DNA of 64,000 nt from a virus (Duplodnaviria; Caudoviricetes): positions 1 to 64,000 of the IMG/VR virus record IMGVR_UViG_3300046717_000225; one strand, 5' to 3'. Below are positions 42,839 through 52,500 of this stretch, in pieces. The translations under genes and the position numbers were made by a program. Position 1 is the first letter of the stretch, and each line of letters starts with the position of its first letter. The notes beneath the pieces were generated by a model. That model saw nothing but the letters and a program-made list of their open reading frames with translations, searched no databases and was not told the origin of the DNA.

Positions 42839-43020
42839 CGGACGAGCCGTACGACGTGAAGGTCGAATACGTTCTGCTGTCCGGCTACTCGTCCACGGCC
42901 TACCTGGACCGGCGGGACGGAGACACGGCGACGGGTGTGAACAAGTACACGGACGAGCCCGTGACCGTCCGGTGGGGCGGGGTCAGGTGGACTGAGATCG
43001 ACCCGGGTGCAGTAGCCTGA
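42835..43020 (+). CDS. hypothetical protein
   Basis: GTGA overlap. Confidence 0.6.
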   Translation: MTDEPYDVKVEYVLLSGYSSTAYLDRRDGDTATGVNKYTDEPVTVRWGGVRWTEIDPGAVA

Positions 43021-43040
43021 GCCCGCTCACTCAACAATCA

Positions 43041-43075
43041 GAGGCCCCCGGGGTGTGTCCACGGTCGGGGGCCTC
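43041..43075. terminator. 10-bp inverted repeat
   Basis: GAGGCCCCCG...CGGGGGCCTC before the terminase gene. Confidence 0.55.
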
Positions 43076-43105
43076 GCCCCTGCCCGGACCGCCTATCCTC
43101 GGTCC

Positions 43106-44470
43106 ATGAGTGATCGGCAGCGCAGAGCGGGCCAGGCGGCGGAGCGTCTCCTGCTCCACGCGAGCACGCTCACCGAGCCCCGCTGGACCCCGCTCCCCTA
43201 CCAGGTCCCTCCGCCCGGGGACTGGTACGGCTGGCTGCTGCTCGCCGGCCGTGGAGCCGGCAAGACCGACGCCTGCGCCAAGTACATCTCCGATCATGTC
43301 GCCGGACCGCCGTGCCTGCCCGGTCCGGTCCCCCACTGGGTCGGCATCATCGCTCCGACCCTGGGGGACGCGGCCACGAGCTGTGTCACCGGACCGTCCG
43401 GCATCCTCCGTCACAGCCCCCAGGCCAAGATGGTCAACACGATGGGCGGCACGGTCGTCCGCTGGCCCAACGGAAGCGTGGCCAAGCTCTTCGGCGCCAA
43501 CACCCTGGAGGACACGGAGCGCCTGCGGTCCGGCGGTAACCGGTGCGCCGTATGGGGTGAGGAGATGGCCGCGTGGCGTTATCTGGACGAGGCCTGGGCT
43601 CAGATGCGGTTCGGCCTGCGTACCGGCCCCAGGCCGCACTGGGTGGCGAGCACGACCCCCAAGCCCCGCCCGCTCATCAAGAAGCTGGCCGCCGGGGGAG
43701 AGGCCAAGGTCGTTCTCAGCCGGGCCTCCATGTACGACAACCCCCACCTCCAGGAGCACGTCCGCCAGGCCCTGCTGGACGAGTACGAGGGCACCGACCT
43801 CGGCCGGCAGGAGCTGAATGCCGAGCTGCTCGACGAGGACAGCAACGCCCTGTGGACGCGGTCCTCCGTGGAGGCGAGCCGTCTCGCCGTGCCGGACACG
43901 AAGCTCATCCGCGTCACGATCGGCGTGGACCCCTCTGGCGGAGCCGGCGAGCAGGGCATCGTCGCCGTCGGCAAGGGAATGATCGTCCGGGACCATGAGG
44001 ACCCCCGCAAGCGCGTCCCCCTGCCGCACGGCTACGTCCTCGGCGACCGGACCGTGCACATGCGCCCGGAGGGCTGGGGGCGGGCAGCAGTCCAGGCTGC
44101 TGTGGAGTTCGAGGCGGACGACATCTGTGTCGAGATCAACTTCGGAGGGGACATGGCCGTCTCGACCATCCGTGCGGCAGCCGACGCCATGGGAGTCAAC
44201 ATTCCGATCAAGGTTGTCCGTGCTACCCGGGGCAAGCAGGTCCGTGCGCAGCCCGTGAGCGCGCTCACCGCACAGGGCCGGTTCCACATGGTGGGGGTGC
44301 ACCCCGAGCTGGAGGATCAGATGTGCGTCTGGTACCCGGAGCTGGACTGGAGCCCCGACCGGCTGGACGCGATGGTCTGGCCCGCCTGGCACAACCGCAT
44401 CGTCAAGATGACCATGACCGGCGGGGCTGTGAGCGGCGGCATGGAGCAGATGGCGCGCTCGATCGGGTGA
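43106..44470 (+). CDS. terL: terminase large subunit
   Basis: AGRGAGKT, WGEE, STTP, GRQELNAE, IGVDP, VEINFGG, SPDRLDA. Confidence 0.95.
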   Translation: MSDRQRRAGQAAERLLLHASTLTEPRWTPLPYQVPPPGDWYGWLLLAGRGAGKTDACAKYISDHVAGPPCLPGPVPHWVGIIAPTLGDAATSCVTGPSGILRHSPQAKMVNTMGGTVVRWPNGSVAKLFGANTLEDTERLRSGGNRCAVWGEEMAAWRYLDEAWAQMRFGLRTGPRPHWVASTTPKPRPLIKKLAAGGEAKVVLSRASMYDNPHLQEHVRQALLDEYEGTDLGRQELNAELLDEDSNALWTRSSVEASRLAVPDTKLIRVTIGVDPSGGAGEQGIVAVGKGMIVRDHEDPRKRVPLPHGYVLGDRTVHMRPEGWGRAAVQAAVEFEADDICVEINFGGDMAVSTIRAAADAMGVNIPIKVVRATRGKQVRAQPVSALTAQGRFHMVGVHPELEDQMCVWYPELDWSPDRLDAMVWPAWHNRIVKMTMTGGAVSGGMEQMARSIG

Positions 44471-44478
44471 CGCACGAA

Positions 44479-44496
44479 GGGGCCCCGAAGGGCCCC
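44479..44496. terminator. UUCG-tetraloop hairpin
   Basis: minus strand GGGGCCC-TTCG-GGGCCCC. Confidence 0.65.
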
Positions 44497-44502
44497 GACG
44501 CG

Positions 44503-44590
44503 AGAGGTGCGCTGACCAAGCTGCGCTACGCCTTCCGGACGGCGGCCCGGTCGGAGGCGGGATTTGAACCCGCGACATCCTCTTCCCCAT
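44503..44590 (-). tRNA. circularly permuted tRNA-Pro(GGG)-like element (3' half precedes 5' half)
   Basis: 3' half ATGGGGA-AGAGG-ATGTC-GCGGG-TTCAAAT-CCCGC-CTCCG-ACC; 11-nt linker; 5' half CGGAAGGCG-TA-GCGC-AGCTTGGTCA-GCGC-A-CCTCT; acceptor stem imperfect. Confidence 0.6.
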
Positions 44591-44622
44591 CAGGGTACCC
44601 CGATCGGATAAGCTAAATCCTC

Positions 44623-44805
44623 GTGGTCACTCTCTCGCTCACTACCGTGCTGGTCGTTTTCCTGCTGGGGTTCCTGCTGCACCGGCACGCCTCGGTCCGT
44701 ATCGCGGCCGTCGGCTGCTTCGTACTGGGGGTCCTCGTAGCTGCGAACCCCGTGGTCCACACGGTGGTGCATACTCTCGACGGAGCGTTCAACGCGCTCG
44801 TCTGA
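44623..44805 (+). CDS. small membrane protein
   Basis: two TM segments. Confidence 0.6.
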   Translation: MVTLSLTTVLVVFLLGFLLHRHASVRIAAVGCFVLGVLVAANPVVHTVVHTLDGAFNALV

Positions 44806-44821
44806 TCCCCTAGGAGGGGCC

Positions 44822-45046
44822 ATGGCCGCAAAGTATGTGCTCGATCTGGCCGAGAGAGTCGGCTCCACGTTCCTGCTCGCTGGGGCGTCCGTCCTGGTGG
44901 CTGCGGGGCCCGCCGACCTCTTCCACGCCAGTACCCTCCAGGCCGCAGGCGCAGCCGGCCTGGCCGCTGCACTGACCCTGGTCAAGGGCCTGCTCGCCCG
45001 GTACGTGGGCAACAAGGACAGCGCGTCCCTGGCCAAGGGCGTCTGA
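44822..45046 (+). CDS. holin (r1t-like)
   Basis: DLAERVGSTF...AGLAAALTLVKGLLA...ASL. Confidence 0.8.
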   Translation: MAAKYVLDLAERVGSTFLLAGASVLVAAGPADLFHASTLQAAGAAGLAAALTLVKGLLARYVGNKDSASLAKGV

Positions 45047-45158
45047 ACCCGGAACCAAACGGTCCTGCCGGGTATCCCTACAGACAGCGGGGTGCCCGGC
45101 CTGTGACCACCTCCACGTCAAGCACGCTTGGCACCCCGTCTACCGATCAAGGAATCCG

Positions 45159-45422
45159 TTGACCAGACGCCGATGGGCCGCGTACGGGCTCGTCCTCCTC
45201 AGCGCGGCAGTGGTCGTGTTCGTCCTCCTGACCGGCGCAGACTCCCGCCCGGACAAGACCGCCTGCAAGTCCGCCATGCGGGCCCAGTTCGCCTACGGCA
45301 TGGCCCACCCGGACGCCCCAGCGGGTACCCGGCCGGGCGCCTGCAAGGGCGTGAGCGACGCGGACCTCCAGCGCTTCACCTCCGAGATCATGAACGACTA
45401 CCTGAACGGGGGCGGCTCATGA
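45159..45422 (+). CDS. membrane-anchored/secreted protein
   Basis: TM segment, then a two-Cys domain (ACK...ACKGV). Confidence 0.6.
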   Translation: MTRRRWAAYGLVLLSAAVVVFVLLTGADSRPDKTACKSAMRAQFAYGMAHPDAPAGTRPGACKGVSDADLQRFTSEIMNDYLNGGGS

Positions 45423-45628
45423 CCACGGTGCAGATCGTCTTCTGGGTCCTGTCCATCGGGGCCGTAGCTACTCTGGTCGGGTTCCTGTTCGCCACCTGGG
45501 CCCAGCTGTTCCGTTACCTGCGTGCGGGCACGGCCGCGTTCGAGCGGTACACGGAGCAGCCCGACCTCCCGGTCCCGCACCCGCCCACGGCCCCCAACGA
45601 CCCCTACTCCGGATGGGACCGACGATGA
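45419..45628 (+). CDS. membrane protein
   Basis: ATGA overlap, TM. Confidence 0.6.
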   Translation: MTTVQIVFWVLSIGAVATLVGFLFATWAQLFRYLRAGTAAFERYTEQPDLPVPHPPTAPNDPYSGWDRR

Positions 45629-46044
45629 GCGTCTTCCTGGTCCCGGTGCTGCTCGTGCTGGCCTCGTACCGGGGCACCCGCCTGGTCGTCCGGGACGATT
45701 TCCCGCCCCTGCTCTGGATGCGCGACCGGCTCGCCGGCGGGTGGCGTCCCGCGACCGAGGCGGAGCACAAGAAGGTGCTGAGTCCGGAGTACCTGAGCAC
45801 TCCCGTACTCGAACGTCAGCCGACCATGGAGCATGAGGGGCAGCTCAAGGTCTGGATTGAGCGTGCGTCCTGGTCCCCGCACTGGCTGGCCGAGCTGGTC
45901 ACCTGCCCGTGGTGCGCCTCGGCCTACGTGTCCGGCGCCCTGGTCGCGCTCACGTGGGCGTTCGCCGGGCTGCCCGTGCCGCTGCTCATGTGGCCCGCCG
46001 TGTGGGCCGGGTCCGCTCTCCTGGCCAGTCGGGAGTGGGCGTGA
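45625..46044 (+). CDS. membrane protein (DUF1360-like)
   Basis: YRGTRLVVRD...ELVTCPWCASAYVS. Confidence 0.7.
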   Translation: MSVFLVPVLLVLASYRGTRLVVRDDFPPLLWMRDRLAGGWRPATEAEHKKVLSPEYLSTPVLERQPTMEHEGQLKVWIERASWSPHWLAELVTCPWCASAYVSGALVALTWAFAGLPVPLLMWPAVWAGSALLASREWA

Positions 46045-46136
46045 TGGACGACTTCACCCTGTTCGTGCTCGGGGTCACCGGGGGCGCGGTGCTCGTGCTC
46101 GGTCTCGGGTATCTGGCCCTGCGGAGGTGGGCATGA
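46044..46136 (+). CDS. TM peptide
   Basis: TGATG overlap. Confidence 0.5.
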   Translation: MDDFTLFVLGVTGGAVLVLGLGYLALRRWA

Positions 46137-46185
46137 GCCTGCTGCGCCGTATCCGGGACTGGCTGTACGAGGGGATGATCCGGGA

Positions 46186-46425
46186 ATGACCAACCAGCCG
46201 AGCGTGGGCCGCATCGTGCACTACGTGAGCTACGGGACACCCGGCGGGGAGTACACCCCGCAGTGCAGGGCCGCGATCATTACGGAGATCGTCAACGACG
46301 GCCTTGTCGGCCTGGCGGTGCTGAACCCAACGGGACTGTTCTTCAACCGATCCCAATACGACGATCTGGAAGGGGCTGCACCGCAAGGTGACTCCTGGCA
46401 CTGGCCGGAGAGGACAGGATCATGA
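46186..46425 (+). CDS. hypothetical phage protein
   Basis: PSVGRIVHY...AAIITE...WHWP. Confidence 0.7.
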   Translation: MTNQPSVGRIVHYVSYGTPGGEYTPQCRAAIITEIVNDGLVGLAVLNPTGLFFNRSQYDDLEGAAPQGDSWHWPERTGS

Positions 46426-46709
46426 CCGAACCGCCTCAGGGCCCTCCGCCCTTCGACCCCGCGCACCCGGCCGTCGGCAGCGTGCAGGCGTGGCTCAACC
46501 TCGGCAAGCAGCGCACCCCGCAGGGCGAGTTCCTCATCCTCACGCTCCGGGTGCCGAACACGACCGTCACCGCCCTGCTCAGCAAGTCGGATGCCCAGGC
46601 CTGGATCGACGCCCTCCAGAACGAGGTGAACCAGATGTCCAGCCTGGTGATCGCGCCCCCGGGCGCAGTCGTTCCCCTGGGGAACTCGAACGGACGGCCC
46701 CATGGCTGA
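46422..46709 (+). CDS. hypothetical protein
   Basis: ATGA overlap. Confidence 0.65.
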   Translation: MTEPPQGPPPFDPAHPAVGSVQAWLNLGKQRTPQGEFLILTLRVPNTTVTALLSKSDAQAWIDALQNEVNQMSSLVIAPPGAVVPLGNSNGRPHG

Positions 46710-47292
46710 GTACAAGCTGTTCGAAGGCGATGTCCCGCACGTGAGCACGGCCGCGTTCCATGCCTACCGGGAGCGCGCCCCGCACCTGGAGCAAGCTGGA
46801 CACCGGCCTCGGCTCCTGCTCGCAGCCGAGTTCGTACGGGAAGCCCTGTCCCGGCCGGACGCCTTCACCGTGTCCGACCTCGGCTGCGGGGACGGCGGCC
46901 TGCTCAGTCTGATCAAGGGTATTCCGGACACGATCTCCTGGGGGTACGACTTCTGCCCGGCGAACGAGGCCGGGTGGGCTGAGCGCGGGGTCAAGGCCTA
47001 CCTCAAGGACGCGCTCTCCGACCTTGATGCTGTGGGTACCGTCGGCGACGTCGTGGTCATGACCGAGGTGCTGGAACATATCGCCAACCCTCACGGTGTT
47101 CTGCGTCGTTTGCGGTCCCGGTCGAAGAGCCTGGTCTGCTCCAGCCCCTGGAACGAGAACCTGAACAACCACAGCCCCGAGCACGCCTGGGCCTGGGACC
47201 TGGAAGGCTACGCCTCCATGATCCAGTCTGCGGGCTGGACCATCGAGCGGCACCAGCAGGCCGGACTGTTCCAGGTCGTGCTCGCGCGGTAG
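46702..47292 (+). CDS. class I SAM-dependent methyltransferase
   Basis: DLGCGDG, VMTEVLEH, CSSP; similar to 5438-6070. Confidence 0.85.
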   Translation: MAEYKLFEGDVPHVSTAAFHAYRERAPHLEQAGHRPRLLLAAEFVREALSRPDAFTVSDLGCGDGGLLSLIKGIPDTISWGYDFCPANEAGWAERGVKAYLKDALSDLDAVGTVGDVVVMTEVLEHIANPHGVLRRLRSRSKSLVCSSPWNENLNNHSPEHAWAWDLEGYASMIQSAGWTIERHQQAGLFQVVLAR

Positions 47293-47322
47293 CCTGAGGA
47301 TCGTCCTCGGACGGACAACGAG

Positions 47323-47353
47323 AGCCCCTGCACTGGATAGCGGTGCAGGGGCT
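47323..47353. terminator. 11-bp inverted repeat
   Basis: AGCCCCTGCAC-N9-GTGCAGGGGCT. Confidence 0.65.
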
Positions 47354-47418
47354 TCGTCCTGCGCACGGCCCGTCTCCCGATCCCCGGTATCCTGCCCCCG
47401 ACATGATCGGGAGGCGCC

Positions 47419-49194
47419 ATGGCCTGGAAGCCCTTCGGCCGCAACACCCCAGCCGCTGTTACGGCCGCTGCCGCTCCGCCGTCCCTCACCGCCGCAGCGG
47501 CCAAGCCCAAGGACACCAGCGCGCGGTTCCTCCGCCACCCGGACAAGTGGCAGAACGAGGTCTGGGCCTACTACGACAACCTCGGCGAGTTCAACTACGG
47601 GGTGTGGTGGCTGTCCAACATGCTGAGCCGGGTCCGGCTACGGGCAGCAAAGCTCCAGCCCGACGTGGACGAGCCGGACATCGTGAACGAGGGCCCGGCT
47701 GCCGAACTGATGATGAGCCTCGGAGGCGGCGTCACCGGCCAGGCTCAGCTCATGAAGCGCCTCACCGTCCAGCTCTCCATCCCCGGGGAGGGCTACCTGA
47801 TCGGCGAACAGCAGAACGGCAAGGAGCGCTGGCAGGTCCGCTCCGTGGACGAGATCCGTTCCCAGTCCGGCGGGTACTACGTCATGGACGAGAACAGCGT
47901 CAACACCGGGCAGGACTGGCGGCCCCTGGCGGGGGACTCGTTCGTCACCCGGGTCTGGCGTCCGCACGACCGCTACTACCACCTGGCCGACTCGCCGGCC
48001 CGCTCCGCCCGGGACATCATGCGTGAGCTGGAGCTGGTCAACCGGAAGATCGTGGCAGAGTACCTGAGCCGTCTGGCGAGCGCGGGCATCATCGGCATCC
48101 CGGACGAGCTGACCTTCCCCGTGCGCGAGGAGTTCGCCGACGCGCCCAACCCCCTCGTGGCCGAGTTCATCGAGATCGCCGCACAGGCCATCGAGCACCC
48201 GGGCACGGCGAGTTCCGTCATCCCGATCCCGCTCGTCGGCCCGGCCGAAGCCATCAAGGCCATCACGCACATCGACTTCACCTTGGCGATGGACAGCGAG
48301 ATTATCGCCAAGCGGGACAGTGCGATCAAGCGCCTCGCGACGAAGCTCGATATGCCCGCAGAAGTCCTGCTCGGCATGGGCGACGTGAACCACTGGGGGG
48401 CCTGGCAGCTGGAGGAGGGTGCGCTCAAGACGCACATCGCGCCCGTGGCCGAGCTGATCTGTGACTCCCTCACCCGGGGCTACCTCGGTCCCCGGCTGGA
48501 GGCCAGCGGAGAGGACCCCACGGACTGGGTCGTCTGGTACGACATGAGCGAACTCGCCCTCCGGCCGGACAGGTCCGAGAACGCCCTGACCGCGTACGAC
48601 CGGCTGGAGTTGAACGGCGAGGCTCTGCGACGCGAGGTCGGGTTCGACGAGGACGACGCCCCCACGCCCGACGAGCTGGAGCAGATGGGTCTCAAGCTCC
48701 TGCTGCGCACCGTGCCCGCCGTCGCGCCCGAGGCGCTGGACAAGCTGGTGGGCCGGAAGGTGTTCACCCCGGAGGAGATCGCAGCGACCAAGCCGAAGCC
48801 GCCGGTTCCCGGGGCACCCCCGGGCAAGGCCCCGTCCGCACAGGGTCCGCCGGACACCCAGGGCAACGCACCCCCGCCTCCGGACCAGGGGGTCAAGCAG
48901 GCTGCCCGCAGCGCCAAGCTCCTCCAGCAGGCCCGCACGCAGCACATGGTCCGCTTCCGGGCGACCACGGGAGCGACCGAGCTGCTGCACCCCCGTCTGT
49001 GCCACGAGTACGAGTACTCCTGTCCCTTCACGCACGCGGTGAATGCGGGAGGCCGGGCCCGGCCGGGTACCTCCGGCGTCTACCTGTGCCACCTGGACAG
49101 CATCGGCCGGTTCGTTCTCGACGGGCCGTCCCCGTACTCCACGACGGGCGATCTGATCAGCACGATGATCCCGGCGGTGAACGGACATGGCTGA
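47419..49194 (+). CDS. portal protein
   Basis: large gene heading the virion operon; GEFNYGVWWL...SRVRL, IPGEGYL, RLATKLDMPAEVLLG, NHWGAWQ. Confidence 0.85.
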   Translation: MAWKPFGRNTPAAVTAAAAPPSLTAAAAKPKDTSARFLRHPDKWQNEVWAYYDNLGEFNYGVWWLSNMLSRVRLRAAKLQPDVDEPDIVNEGPAAELMMSLGGGVTGQAQLMKRLTVQLSIPGEGYLIGEQQNGKERWQVRSVDEIRSQSGGYYVMDENSVNTGQDWRPLAGDSFVTRVWRPHDRYYHLADSPARSARDIMRELELVNRKIVAEYLSRLASAGIIGIPDELTFPVREEFADAPNPLVAEFIEIAAQAIEHPGTASSVIPIPLVGPAEAIKAITHIDFTLAMDSEIIAKRDSAIKRLATKLDMPAEVLLGMGDVNHWGAWQLEEGALKTHIAPVAELICDSLTRGYLGPRLEASGEDPTDWVVWYDMSELALRPDRSENALTAYDRLELNGEALRREVGFDEDDAPTPDELEQMGLKLLLRTVPAVAPEALDKLVGRKVFTPEEIAATKPKPPVPGAPPGKAPSAQGPPDTQGNAPPPPDQGVKQAARSAKLLQQARTQHMVRFRATTGATELLHPRLCHEYEYSCPFTHAVNAGGRARPGTSGVYLCHLDSIGRFVLDGPSPYSTTGDLISTMIPAVNGHG

Positions 49195-49540
49195 GGTGGA
49201 GGAGTGGGGGTCCTGGATACGGGAGAACTTCGACATCGATCTCGGGGACGGTCACTATGGGAAGTTCTCGGGCTGGGGCCCTGACAGGGATCTGAACCCT
49301 CAGTACGAGGGGGTCCCTGATGTCGAGAAGTACGGGTTGGAGATCCTGCACCCGAACCCGGCCGGGGCGCCTTGCGTGAGTTTCGTGACCTTCTCAGGCG
49401 ACGTCCAGCGCAGAATCGAGCCCGCCCGGCGGAACACGTGGGACGTCCAGGGCTGGGACCCGCTGACGATCAGTCCGTCCGTCCTCTGCTCCTGCGGAGA
49501 CCATGGATTCATCCGGGAAGGACGGTGGGTCCGTGCCTGA
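49187..49540 (+). CDS. hypothetical protein
   Basis: LTISPSVLC...CGDHGFIREGRWV. Confidence 0.65.
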   Translation: MAEVEEWGSWIRENFDIDLGDGHYGKFSGWGPDRDLNPQYEGVPDVEKYGLEILHPNPAGAPCVSFVTFSGDVQRRIEPARRNTWDVQGWDPLTISPSVLCSCGDHGFIREGRWVRA

Positions 49541-52500
49541 GACCTTTCACCGCCGGGGCAACCATGTGCAGAAGGCGCACGGCCGCCGGACCGCCCTGGC
49601 CGCTCAGGACAGTCACCTGTCCGGCGGAATGATCGCCCTCATGCCCACGGCGCAGGACGCCCGGCGCCTCGCGCTCCCGGGCGGGGAGGCCCCGGAGGAG
49701 CTGCACTGCACGCTGCTCTACCTGGGGGAAGACGGGTCGGTCTTCTCGTCCGACGACCGGGACCGCATGGAGTCCGCCGTCCAGGCGTACACGCAGGGGC
49801 TCGGTCCGGTCCAGTCCAAGATATTCGGCGTCGCTCACTGGAACGGGGACGGCGAGAAGCCGAGCTGGGTGTGGTCCGTGGGGGACGGTCCGGACGCGGA
49901 AGGACTCGGTCTCGCCAAGGCGCACGCCATGGCCTACGCAGCGGCGGAGGACGTTGCCGGGGACCTGATCCCCGAACAGCACAGCCCCTGGGTCGCGCAC
50001 GTCTGTGCCGCGTACACGGACGACCTCACCCTCGTCCGACGCCTGGAGAAGGGCCTCGGCCCGGTCACCTTCGACCGCATCCGGCTCAGCTTCGGGGACG
50101 ACGACCGGGACATCCCGCTCAAGGGTGAGGCGCTCACGGCCAGTGCACTGCGCCGGGACCTGCTCCCCCACGAGGACGGAACCGACTTCGCCGAGCACAA
50201 CGCTCAGTGGGAGAACGCGGTCGCCTCGGCGGACGGGCGCCTGCTCCAGGTCTTCTCGTCCTGGCGGGCGGGGATACGGGACCAGATCAAGGCGGGCATC
50301 GACACCCCGGACGAACTGACCGGGCTCACGGCCGACCCGGACGCGGCGGCCGAGATTCTGTCCGAGGCCATGGTCGACCTAGCGCACCGGGCGGGCCAGT
50401 CCCTGGTCCGACAGGCCGAGCGGCAGGGCGTCACCGTGCCGGACTGGAGCCTGCCGGACGACACGGTTACGGCGGCCGTCGGCGGCAGGAAGCTGCTCCG
50501 CTCCGTCGCGCAGATGACGGCCGACCTGCTGTCCACGTCCGTCGTTCAGACGGCGAAGCGCACGGTCACCGGCCTGTTCGCCCGGGACGCCTCGCCGGAG
50601 ACGATCGCCTCCGAGGTGGACCGGGCCCTGGCCGACGCACAGGACGGTCTGCTCAAGGGTCCGGTCGGCACGGCCATGAGCACCGCCCAGACCGCCGGCC
50701 GGGAGGCCGTACTGCGCGCGGCTCCGCCGGGCGAGTACTACGCGAGCGAGATGCTCGACAAGAACACGTGCGGCCCGTGCCGTTCCGTGGACGGAGAGCA
50801 GTTCGGTTCTCTGGAGATCGCCATCAAGGCGTACCCGGTCATGGGCTACAAGGACTGTGTCGGCCCCCGGTACGGGCACTCGTGCCGGGGACTTATCGTG
50901 GCCCGCTGGGCTCCGGACGAGGCCCAGACCGCATCGGCGGCTACCATGCGCGCAGAAGATCAGCCCGAGGAGGAACCGGTGACGACTGAAGCCCTGCGCA
51001 AGGGCAAGCCCTCCAAGGGCACCAAGAAGGACAAGCGGCTGGACGAGAACCAGTACGCGGACGAGGGGCACTTCCAGGGGGATGCGGAGACGCTGAGCTG
51101 GAACGGGAGCGCAGCCCGGTTCACCGACCCCGAGTACCGCAAGGCCTGCGCAGGCTGCGACTCCGGCGGCACCGCCAAGGCCAGCTGCTTCCTGCCGCAT
51201 CACGAGCCCGGAGGCGCCCTGAACAAGGACGGTGTCCACGCGGCGGCGCAGCGGGTGGATTCCCTGTCCGGACACAGCCCGGAGGCGGTCGCCCGCGCGA
51301 AGGCGCACCTGCGGGGCCACTACAAGACCCTCGGGGAGAAGCCCCCGGACTCGATCGCGGCGACGGACGCGGAGATCGAGACCTTCGGTGTGGAGGACGG
51401 GTACGAGACCGTGGAGTTCGAGTCCACCTGTCCCCCCGGCACCCACCGGGTCAAGGGCGGCGACTGCGAGGCCTCCCAGAAGAAGAACCCGGGCCAGCTG
51501 GAGGAGGACGACATGGAGACTCTCGCCAAGGGGGACTGCCCTCCCGGCATGGAGATGGACAAGACGACCGGCAAGTGCGCGGAGATGCAGCAGATGGCCG
51601 TCCAGGTCAGCGACACCACAGCCCCCTGGCGTGGTCCGCTCACCGTGGAGGGCATCGAGACCGGCGACGGACGGCAGTTCGACACCGGGTCGCTCACCTG
51701 GGCCGATCTTCCGCTCCCGCTGCGCTGGAACATCGAGGACTCGCACGGTGGCGAGGCGAGGACCAAGGCCGTCAACGTCGGCCGGATCGACAAGATCTGG
51801 CGCGAGGACTCCGGCCTCATCATGGGTGAGGGTGTGCTCGACCTCGGGGACGACAACGGCCAGGCAGCCCAGAAGAAGATCGAGGGAAAGTTCCTGCGGG
51901 GTGTGTCGGTCGACGTCGACTCCGTCAAGGACGCGGACATGGAGCTGATCTGGCCGGACCACGACCCGGACGGCGGTGAGGAGGCGGACCCCTTCGCGCA
52001 GCTGTTCGCCGCTCCGGAGAAGGTCGTGTTCCACAAGGGACGCATCCGGGCGGCGACCCTGGTCGACATCCCGGCCTTCGCCGAGGCGTACATCGCGCTG
52101 CTCGACGGGGAGGGTGCGGTGACCGCCGGCGGGGAGCCGATCGGTGCGCTGCGCGCGAGCCAGGCACCCCGAACCCACCTGGCGCTCGCTCCGCCCGTAC
52201 AGCCCCCGGCGGACTGGTTCCGCAACCCGGATCTGTCCGTGCCCACGGGTATCACCGTCTCGGCCGACGGCCGGGTGTACGGGCACGCTGCCCTGTGGGG
52301 CACCTGCCACATCGGTCAGGCCGGAGTCTGCGTCACTCCGCCCCAGGAGGACGACCACCCGTACTTCATGACCGGGTCGGTCCTGCTGGACGACGGGGAG
52401 CAGGCCTCGGTCGGACAGATCACCCTCGGCACGGGGCACGCGCCGCTGGACTACGGCCACCGGCAGGCCAGCGACCACTACGACAACACGGGCTCCGCCG

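Noticed and set aside
44549-44590. Ordinary attP (3' tRNA fragment) as the full explanation
   Set aside because: An attP would carry only the 3' half, but a matching 5' half follows it, and no integrase is in the window. It cannot be fully excluded if an integrase lies outside.
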